Below, one piece after another: positions 54,901-64,000 of a stretch of DNA of 64,000 bases. Made by a program: the position numbers and the translations under genes. The notes below the pieces were generated by a model that was not told the DNA's origin, did no database searches, and saw nothing but the letters and a program-made list of their open reading frames with translations. Every line of letters starts with the position of its first letter. The stretch's first letter is position 1. Source of the stretch: an uncultured Gemmatimonadaceae bacterium (lineage in GTDB: Bacteria > Gemmatimonadota > Gemmatimonadetes > Gemmatimonadales > Gemmatimonadaceae); contig CAWHHI010000011.1 in assembly GCA_963829055.1 (NCBI GenBank), forward strand, positions 448,001 to 512,000. The letters are read 5' to 3'.

Positions 54901-57800
54901 TCACCAGCGTCACCGCCTCGGCCGGCAGCATGCGCCGCCACACCTCACGCTGCGAGCCAGCCGTCGTGCGCTCCGTCTGCGACGCCGTCTGCCACTCGAG
55001 CAGGTGACGCTTGGTCGCGAACAGGCGCACGAGCGTGCGTACGATCGCGTCCGCGGACACCCACGCCTGATGCGGCAGCACGATGACCGTCAGCGCGAAC
55101 TGCTGCGCACTCGTCACCGCGTCGCGCCACACGGCCGCGTAGTAGGCGAACAACGATTTATCGGCGGGCGGCCGAACCACTGCCAGCGTTAGGCCGAACA
55201 GCCACGGGAATCCGATCGCGATCAGCACCGCCGCGGTCCATGGACCTTGCGGCACCGGCAGAACAGTCCATCCGGCGACGAGCAGCAAGAGCTGGAAGAT
55301 CTCGACCGTGCTGCGCCGCAGGTTGTCGAAGATCTTCCACCGGGAAACGGCGGACAGTCTGTTGTGCTCGGCGCGTCCATCGGGCCGGGGAACGGCGCTG
55401 CCGATCCATCGCAGAATCTGCCAGTCACCGCGAATCCATCGGTGCTTCCGACGCGTGTACGTGAGGTATCGGGTCGGGTAGTCGTCGTACAGTTCGATGT
55501 CGGTAACGAGCCCGGCGCGCGCGAACGCGCCCTCGATGAGATCGTGGCTCAGCAACACGTTCTCGGCGAACCGGCCGTGCGTCGCGCGCTCGAACGCGTC
55601 GACGTCGTAGATCCCCTTCCCCGTGTACGACCCCTCGCCGAACAGATCCTGGTAGACGTCGGAGACGGCCGTCGTGTAGGGGTCGACGCCCGGATGCCCC
55701 GAATGGATCGACGCGAACCGCGACCGATACGCGCTCGTCAGCGAGACACCCACGCGCGGCTGCAGGATACCGTACCCCTCCGTGACGCGGCCCCGCTCCG
55801 GATCGAACACCGGGCGGTTGAGCGGGTGCGCCATCGCGCCGACGAGCAGTTGCGCCGCGTCAGGCGGGAGCACCGTGTCGGAGTCCAGCGTGATGACGAG
55901 CCGGACCTCGCCTAACGGGGTCGGGTCGCCGACGATGCGCGAGAACGCGTCACGCGCACCGCCGCGCAGATACTGATTGAACTCGGAGAGCTTGCCTCGC
56001 TTTCGCTCCCAGCCCATCCACACGCGTTGGCTGTCGTTCCAGCGACGCGGCCGATGGAAGAGGTAGAAGAGCGTCTGATCGTTGCGACCGTACTTCTCGT
56101 TCAGCGCGGCAAGCCCCGCCGCGGCCGCATCGAGGATCGCCGCGTCGTCAGGCATCGTTTCCGATGGCGCGTCGAGAAAATCCGTGAGCAGCGCGAAGTG
56201 CAGGTGCGGGTCACGGTTCGCGAGAAACTGGACTTCCAGGTGTTCGATGGCCTCTCGCGCCGCGTCGACACTGCCGAGCAGCGTCGGTACGACGACTGCC
56301 GTCCGCCACTCCGCGGGAATGCCGCGCTCGCGAAACTCGAGCTTCGGGATGAGGCGCGGGTCGGTCACGAACGTGACCAGCTGATTCACCACGCTGACGC
56401 CGATCTCGCTCGCGGGCACGAGCGCCAGCAGGAGTACGAGGAGCGTCGCGCCCGCTCCAATGGGGCCAGCCACGGCGAGCGCCGCGGCGAGCGCCGCCAG
56501 CGTCACGAGAATGAGTGATGGGAAATAGGCCGCGTTAGGCCTGCGGGAGATCGCGCGCCGCAACCGCTCGTGCCACCGCGGGCTGTAGTGTACCGCCGCC
56601 TCGAGCTCGGCGAGGCCGCGGTCGACGAGCCAGTAGCCCACGTGGCGACGACGTTGGCCTGGTCCCTCAGCCGGCTGCCGGTTCGCGAGGTCGATCGCGA
56701 TTTCAGCCACCTTCGCTTCATCGCGCTCGGTCCGCTTCGCCAGCCGTTCGATCTCGTGTCGATACCGATCGCGCGCGGCGAACGTCATGGACGTGTAATC
56801 GCCCGTCGGATCGCCACGCAGCACACGCTCGATCGCGCTCTGCGACTCGACAAAACTGTTCCAGTCGAGACGCGCGATCGTTCGCAGACTCGTGATGCTG
56901 TTCGCGATCGTGACGCGGGTGATCGCGGCGCGCTGATTCGCGCGCGCTACCGCCTCCTCCGCGCTCATCAGATCCTCGGCGATCCACTGCTCGAGCCAGA
57001 CGAGCGGCGTGAACGAGGCCTGGATACGACCGGATCTGCGACAGGAAGCGCGAGACGAAGATCGCCGACAACTTCGGCGTGTGATCCACGAACTCGTGGA
57101 GGGCGACGCCGAGTTGCTTGGGCCCTGCCTCGCTCGCCTTTCGCAGCTGCTCAGCGGCGGCGTCCGCCGCGCGTACTTCGTCGAGCCGCGACAACGTACG
57201 GCGCGTCATCCGCCGGATGTTCTCGATCAGGCCCAGCCGCAGCATCGCCGGAATCGCCCACAGCTCGCCGATACGCAGCGGCGCGATGCGCTGGAACTCG
57301 CGCACGAACAGCTCCGTGTTCGCGAGGTCGAGATGCCCCTCGGTGTTCGCGATCAACTCGATCGCGATCTCGTACACGCGGGGGAAGCGCGCGAGCGGCC
57401 CGATTGCGAGCTCGGGCAGCTCCCGGTAGTAGCCGCGCGGGAGCGTCGCGCGAATCTCGCGAATGTGCTCTTCGACCGTGTAGAAATTATCGAGGAGCCA
57501 TTCACCAGCAGGACTTACATCGATGCCCTCATCGGCCGCTTCGCCAAGCGCCTCTCGGGCCTCGAGCAGGATGCTGTAGGTCTCTTCGAGTCGCCCGAGT
57601 AGCGGGACCTTGCGTCCCTTCCCAGACGGGCGGACACGTTGGCGCCGCGCCAACGCGCGCGCATGCTCCGCAAGCCGGTCGGCACCAAGCAGCTCGCCGC
57701 GGATGGGGCCGACGAGAGGCTCTTGCCGACCGTTCGTTGCGCGCGCCAACATGCGCGCGAGGAGTCCTGTTCTTCTCGCCGGGGGTGTACTGGTCGCCAC
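48942..57800 (-). CDS. ndvB: cyclic beta-1,2-glucan synthase (GT84 + glucoamylase-like + GH94), ~2950 aa; several frameshifts
   Basis: EWLLDNFY, WMGWERKRGKL, ITLDSDT, LSHDLIEG, RWIRGDWQ, YDLLASEARL, WSGSMFEYLMP, QSSGAFGFRDQLQD, ENGAQYTH, GRGGWTWYTGSA. Confidence 0.95.
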
Positions 57801-57890
57801 GATCCATAAACTTGAGTCGTGGAGCGAACTTTAGCAGTTACTGGGCCGTGATGGTCGAGATTTCTGACGTCGACCTCGCTTCGCTCCGCG

Positions 57891-58599
57891 TCACCGATAC
57901 GCAGGACGCAGATTCGGCGCTGTCCGAGCCGCAGGTGAGACGTTGAGTCGGTAGCCGGCGAAGATGCAAAGCAGGCCGAGCAGTTCCGTTACGTACAACA
58001 CCTCGGTGTGGCCGAATCTCGTGAAAGTCGCCACCAATGCCTGGCAGGATTCCACCCACGGCAATGCACACGTTGCCGATGAATCGGTGATACGTCTCGT
58101 GCGTCCGCCGATACCTGATGGCGGACACGATCGCTCCGCCCACGAGAAAGATCACGGCGTACAGGTTGATGAACGGGCTGAACAGTCGAACCCACCGCCA
58201 CTCCAGCACTTTGCCAGTCAGTCGAAACGGTTCGACGAGCGAGTAGTCGATCGGCGACGCGATCACGCACGCACTCGCGATGACGATGACTGTCGCGACG
58301 ATCGCCGAAAGCCAGTTGGCCGCCTTGCGATTCACGTGGAGATACACGGAGCCCTGGGCCAGCGGCGCGCCTCCGAGTAGCGCACCCGTGATGTACCACG
58401 CGCGAAACACGGGTTCATGCCAGCCTAGCAACGTCGTCGCCGACTCGGTGATCGTTCCGGCAGCATACGTGAGCATGCCGATCCCCCACCACAGGAGATG
58501 CGGAGCACGCCGATCCATCCATCGGCCGAGCACCATGCCCGCGAACGCCAGCGCGACGACAGTCGTGATGATCGGGATGAACTGGATGGCGTGTCGCAT
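57891..58599 (-). CDS. hypothetical multi-pass membrane protein; frameshift near 58030
   Basis: About 7 hydrophobic segments (HLLWWGIG, WYITGALLGGAPLAQG); alternative frame completes GHTEVLYVTELLGL. Confidence 0.75.
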
Positions 58600-58616
58600 T
58601 GTCTGGTTGGTTGTCG

Positions 58617-60825
58617 TCAGAACTCGACGACGAGCGACGTGCTCAGGCTCCGTCGCGGCTCGGGACGGAAGAACGACGCATTCGCGAATTCCGCGTAGAG
58701 CGCGTTCGTGAGGTTGTTCACGCCAAGCATGAGTGACGTGCGACTGCGTCCACGCTCGAACAGCGCAGCCTGCGCGCGGACATCATGCACCGTGAACGCA
58801 GGAAGCACCGCGCCGACGGGACTCGAACCGGCAATGATGTCCTTCTGCTCGCCGTTGTGCCGCAGTGCGTATCCGACCGACACGCGGTTGCCCACCGGGC
58901 GCCATGCGGCGTCGAACACCACCTTGCGCGAGTACGTGTCACCGACCGGGCTGTTGGGATCGGTGACGTTCTTCGACTGAATGCGAGAGAAGTTCGCCGA
59001 GAGATCGAAGGCGTTCAGCGCGCGCGCACCAGCCGTGAGCTCCAGCCCGCGGAAACGCAGATGATCGACGTTGACGTTCTTGTAGACAGGCAAGCGAGTC
59101 ACCGTGTCGCCGGTTGCCTCGATCGCGATGCCATCGTGCACGTTGTTCTGGAACACGAAGCCTTCCGCGAACAACGCCCCGCGACGCCACCGCGCACCGA
59201 CGTCGACGTTGAGGCTCGTCTCGGGATCGAGATCGAGGTTTCGCGCCTGGTATCCCGAGCCTTCGGGCGTGGGACCGTCGAAGAAGCGCTCGACCAGATT
59301 CGGCGACCGGAAGCCGCGCCCCACCGAAGCGATGAGGTTGAGCCCGGACGCCGCACGCACGAGCAGGTTCGCGGTGCCCACCGCCGTACGGTCACGGCTC
59401 TCGTACGAGGACGTGAGGCCTGGCGTGTCCCGCGTCTCCGCAACGACGTCCTGCACGCGCGCGCCGAGAATGACCGACACGCGCTCAACGACCCGCATGT
59501 CCCCCTGGGCGAACAGACCCGCGCTCCGGAACGTCGCGTTAGGTACCTGCGGCGTCGTGCTGACCTGCGACCGCGGCGGGCCGAACCCCGTGACGACCGT
59601 CAGGCTGGAATCGGTGTTGTCGGAATGGTCGCGGAATGCATCCGCGCCATACGTCATCAGCAGGCGATTCCCGACGAGCTTCGTCACCTCGGCCCTGAAC
59701 CCGAGGCTCTGGAGGTCCGTCCAGTTCCGCTGCTGCGAGGTCACGCCCGCCGTGGATGGCAGTCCGCCCCCGAACGGCACGAACACGTCGAGATCCGAGA
59801 TGCCGGGTGTTCTGCTGCAGGTACGTCGTCAGCTCGACGCGGTCGGCGACGGCTGTGCGCAGGGCCAGGGCGCGCCAGCCTAACGAGTAGCGCGACACGT
59901 CCTGATCCGGATACGTGATCTGAATGGTGGGGGCACCCGTCACGCCGAGATCGCCGTTCGCGACATAGCCGAATCCCGCGTCCCGTGCCGTGTAGTGCTC
60001 CGCGCGCGCGAACAGCGACTGCGACCGACCGAGGTCCCAGCCGGCCGTCGCGTTGTAGGAGTAGTCGCGAACGCCGGTGTCGTTCACGCGAACGTCGCTC
60101 GGGAGATCGATGTCGCCGAAGCTACCCGACGGCGCCGTGTATGATCGCGTGTCTCGATAGGCACCGCTCGCTCGAAACGCGAAGCGGCCCGATCGCCCCT
60201 GAACGCCCGCGCTCGGTGTCTGTTGCTTGTCCGCCGTAGAGTACCGGAAGCCAGCCCATCCATGAAACGAGTCGCCACCTGTTGGCAGACCCGGCGTGAT
60301 GATGTTCACGACGCCGCCAATGGCATCGGTGCCGTAGAGCACTGACGCTGGGCCGCGCACGACTTCCACCCGGTCGATGCCGTTGATGCCAGCGATCGCC
60401 GGCAACTCTCCGAAATCCTGCTGGCGGCGGGAGTTGTTCAGGCGCAGCCCGTCCTCCAGGAGAAGAATGCGCTGACCGCTGAGCCCGCGAATGGTCGGCC
60501 GCGTCTGATTCGTACCGACGCCAGTGATGTCGAGCCCAGGCAGATCACGAAACGCGTCGACAGGTGTGTTCGGCATCCGCCGGTGCAGCGTCGCCGAGTC
60601 GATGACGCTCACGGCCGCGGGCGTGTCGAAGACGTCCTTCTCGGTGCGCGTCGCCGTGATCACCACTTCCCCGAGGGATCTCGCTCGCCGGCGTGAGGAA
60701 TCCGCCCGCGCTGCAGAGTCTCGCGCGGTTGGTGACTGGGCAGCGGACACGGTGGCGATCGTCGCACTGGCGATGAAGGACCAGACTACGGCGAGCGACC
60801 GCGGTCGCGCCGATATGAGGAGCAT
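58617..60825 (-). CDS. TonB-dependent receptor (heme/siderophore-like); frameshift near 59790
   Basis: EVVITATR, PTIRG, VEVVRGPASVLYG, GFRSPN..NLDLDPE, C-terminal F. Confidence 0.92.
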
Positions 60826-61135
60826 CAATTCTCTCGCTTGTTTCGATTCGTGGAGTGAACGCGCGCCCCTGTGTTGCGGTGTCAGCGTGGTGAGATATCG
60901 GACGGGCAGCGCACTTCTACCATATGACTCCTTCGCGAGCCTTGGCATTCGGCACGGTACGGAGTGGAATCTCGGTACAAATACGGAACGTGTCCGAATT
61001 CGCGGCCGGAGTCTTGCGCACGGTTTCGTTCGCGCGACTGACGTCGACCTGTTCCGCATTGCAATGCTCCGGCGATGACCCCTCATGCCGGCATTGGTGT
61101 CCCTCGTATGTCGTTGCTGCTTCTGTCCCGGCTCG

Positions 61136-63242
61136 GTGACACTCACTCACGATCCTTCGAACCCTGACGACGAACGCTTTCACACGCCGATCGAGGCCGA
61201 AGCGTTAGCGCGCGGCCTCGCGGCGCGTAGTCCATCGCGTCTGGCCACGGCGCTTCGCATCACCGAATCGGTGAATCGCGAAACGACGCTGGTCGAAGGA
61301 CTCGCTGCGCTCGTCGCGGGCGTGCGCGAGGCGCTCGCGACGGACACAGCGGCGGTCCTGCTGGTGGAGGATTCCGCCGATGGTCAGGTGCTCGTGATGT
61401 ACGCGGGCCGCGGCCGGGCCCTGGGCGACGCGAACGCGCGCATCCCGGTCGGCCGAGGGCTTCTCGGGCGCATCGCGGAGCGTCGTGAGACTGTTGTGAT
61501 CGACAACCTCCGCGAGCTCGGCGATGTCCCGATTCCACTCGGCACCGAGCACGTCGTTTCGTTCATTGGCGTTCCGGTGGTTGATCAGGGTCGGCTGATC
61601 GGCGTGTTGTACGCCGGCTCACGCACGCCGCGCCGATTTGGTGACGATGACCGTCAACTGATCGAGCTCGTCGCGTCGGGCGCTGGTCCGACGATCGCAC
61701 GCGCACGTCTCGGCGACGCACTCGATCTGTATCGCCGACAGCTCGAAACGCAGACCGGCGAGCTCGAGGCTACAGCGAGCGAGCTCGAGCTGACGGTCAC
61801 AGGCGCTGCGACGCGCCAACGCCGAGCTCGCAGCGACAGCCGAGGCCGCTCGTGCCGCACAGGTCGCCGCCGAAGCCGCCAACCGCGCGAAGTCGGCGTT
61901 TCTCGCGACGATGTCACACGAGCTCCGCACACCGCTCAACGCGATTCTCGGCTACGCGTCGTTGCTGCTCGATGGTCTCGCAGGACCACTCGACGCGCCA
62001 CAGCGCGACTTCGTCGAGCGCACGCGGGCGAGTGGCCGGCATCTGCTCGGACTCGTCGAGGAAGTGCTCGACATCGCGAAGGTCGAGGCCGGCCAGATGC
62101 GCGTGGACGTCGGACCCGTAGCAGCGGCTCGCGTCATCAACACCGCGGTCACCCTCGTGCGTCCGCAGGCGGCATCGGCCGGTGTGAACGTCGATGCGTC
62201 ACAGTGCGAGTCCGTGTTAGGCGAGGTCACCGGCGACGAGCGGCGCGTCCGTCAGATTCTGCTCAACCTGCTCGCCAACGCGATCAAGTTCACCCGAGCC
62301 GGCGGCCGCATCACCGTGCGCTGTGAGCGCGTGGAGGGAAAGTCGCCGTTCACGCCCGGGTCGCTCGGATCCTGGATGTGCCTGGGCGTCACCGACACGG
62401 GAATCGGCATCGATCCCGAGCACCTCGAGACGATCTTCGAGCCGTTCGTGCAGCTCGACGCGAGCCACACGCGGGCGCGCGGCGGCACGGGCCTTGGTCT
62501 GGCCATCAGCCGCCGCTTCGCGCGACTCATGGGCGGCGACATCACGGTCTCGAGTCGCGTCGGCCAGGGCACGACGTTCACGCTGTGGCTGCCGGCGTGG
62601 GAGCGCGATCGACCGGCGACCGCGCGTCCGGCACACTGGCGCGACGGCGAGCGCATCACGACGCCGCAGCATCTGAGCGTGCGCTTCGCCGGGACCAGGG
62701 CGGGGCGCGTGGCGTTAGGCGAGCTGCTCGTCATCACGGCAGCCGACATCGTGGCGACGGTCGTCGACCGATTGCGAGGCGATCCCCAGATTCCGCGGGC
62801 GCGCGAAGTCACGCGCACGGAGCTCGAGGATCACATCGCGACGTACCTCAGCGACATCGGTCAGATGTTCGCGGTCCTCGATGAGCGCGGCACCGACCGC
62901 ACGCCGCTCATCATCGACGGCACGACCATCCAGCGTCTCATCGCCGAGCGCCATGGCGCGCAGCGGTATCGTCTCAAGTGGACGGAGGAGGAGCTCCGAC
63001 GCGAGCTCTCGACGCTGCTCGCCGAGGTCGAACGCGTCGTGCTCGACTCGTCGCTGCTCACGGGGTCTCCGCCCAGTGACACCGTTCCGCTGCTCCGCGT
63101 GATTCTGCAGGAGGCGGAAGAGGTGAGCGTGCTGGGATTCCACGAGGCGGCGGCACGCGACCGGAGTCGTCAGGAAGCCGAGACTGGACAGCAGCACGGA
63201 GCCGAGCCGGGACAGCAGCCCGTCCATTCGAGGAGCGACTGA
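61136..63242 (+). CDS. GAF-domain sensor histidine kinase with extra C-terminal helical domain; frameshift near 61800
   Basis: GAF (GRGLLGRIA, GVPV..GRLIGVL), MSHELRTPL, NLLANAIKFT, DTGIG, GGTGLGL. Confidence 0.9.
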
Positions 63243-63263
63243 CGCGCGTCGCCGACGACGTTT

Positions 63264-63926
63264 CTACGGAGTGACGAGGCCCTCTTCGACCGCGAGCCGC
63301 GTCAGTCCGGCAACGCTGTGAATGTCCAGCTTGCGCATGAGACTCTCGCGGTGTGTCTCGATCGTGCGCGGGCTGATGCCGTAGCGCGCGGCGATCTCCT
63401 TGTTCGTCTCGCCGTTCGCGATCCCCTCCAGCACCTCGCGTTCGCGTCCGGTGAGGAGCGCGAGCTTCGACACGCGCGCCATTCGATCAGACTCGCCGCG
63501 TAAGGCGTCGCCGAGACGCACCGCCATGGCGGCGCTGAAGAACGACTCACCGCGGTCCACCGCGCGAACCGCGTCACGCAACTCGTTAGGCGACGAGTCC
63601 TTCCGCAGGTAGCCGTGGGCGCCGGCACGCACGGCCTGCAGCACGTACTCCGCCTCGTCGTGCACGCTCAGGATCAGCACGCGCGCGCGTGGTGCGGCGC
63701 CGCGGACGTCACCGATGACCTCGAGCCCTGTTCCGTCCGGCATCGAGACGTCGAGCACCACGACGTCGGGCTCGCACTCGCCCGCCAGTTTCACTGCTTC
63801 GGAACCACTCGCCGCTTCGCCGACGACGTCGAAACCACGCGACGCGGCGAGCACGTTCCGGATGCCCTCGCGGACGACGGCGTGGTCGTCTGCCACGAGT
63901 ACGCGAATGCGGGGTGCGCTCTTCAT
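63264..63926 (-). CDS. NarL/LuxR family response regulator
   Basis: ADDH, LDVSMP, LTGREREVL..GETNKEIA..IS.RTIETH. Confidence 0.95.
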   Translation of the reverse strand: MKSAPRIRVLVADDHAVVREGIRNVLAASRGFDVVGEAASGSEAVKLAGECEPDVVVLDVSMPDGTGLEVIGDVRGAAPRARVLILSVHDEAEYVLQAVRAGAHGYLRKDSSPNELRDAVRAVDRGESFFSAAMAVRLGDALRGESDRMARVSKLALLTGREREVLEGIANGETNKEIAARYGISPRTIETHRESLMRKLDIHSVAGLTRLAVEEGLVTP

Positions 63927-64000
63927 CCTGCCGCCTGATCGACCGGGAGGCGAACGGCCAGTCGCGTGCCGCCGTCAGCGGCGTTCGTCAGCCGCATCGC
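63923..64000 (-). CDS. C-terminus of probable cognate sensor kinase (partial)
   Basis: ..LTNAADGGTRLAVRLP..; TGA overlaps the regulator ATG. Confidence 0.65.
   Translation of the reverse strand, partial: AMRLTNAADGGTRLAVRLPVDQAAG

Noticed and set aside
52154..55192. Long plus-strand ORFs (1012 aa here; also 2451-4676 and 38496-40895)
   Set aside because: They are antisense shadows of well-supported minus-strand genes in GC-rich DNA, Arg-rich and without motifs.
300..63591. GCCTAACG as a CRISPR repeat or a Chi/KOPS site
   Set aside because: It is too short and irregularly spaced for CRISPR, and there are no cas genes. The near-equal strand distribution argues against polar motifs.
1..64000. 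Frameshifts in about 20 genes, suggesting mass pseudogenisation or programmed frameshifting
   Set aside because: They hit conserved genes such as tkt and glgP as single-base indels, with no in-frame stops or decay noticed. This pattern fits long-read consensus error. Read polishing would settle it.

Overview
High-GC (roughly 68% by eye) bacterial chromosomal segment. The gene repertoire (SusC/SusD pair, TonB paralogue, HEAT/HD-GYP module) suggests Gemmatimonadota, which is an inference. Many conserved genes carry single-base frameshifts typical of an unpolished long-read assembly. Contents in order: VIT-domain gene (partial); HEAT/HD-GYP/PAS-GGDEF c-di-GMP operon; hydrophilic protein; GMC oxidoreductase; transketolase; small accessory genes; Tat-signal LanC-like protein; lamin-tail/ComEC-type MBL gene facing a KTSC-DUF3006 fusion; TonB; SusC/SusD; a six-gene amidoligase cluster (2 esterases, 2 ATP-grasp, YbdK-type ligase, C26 gamma-glutamyl hydrolase); kinases; AlkZ-like glycosylase; GH57-type glycogen cluster; cyclic beta-1,2-glucan synthase; TonB-dependent receptor; two-component genes. 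No rRNA, tRNA, CRISPR array, transposase or integrase was seen. The strongest unexplained signal is the non-palindromic octamer GCCTAACG/CGTTAGGC. I counted 44 exact and 9 one-mismatch copies by hand, on both strands, inside genes in several frames at the cost of rare codons. Also notable are a ~260-bp rod-like palindromic element present twice (inverted, 45 kb apart) and three further families of short palindromic or heptamer repeats, some inserted in-frame in proteins.
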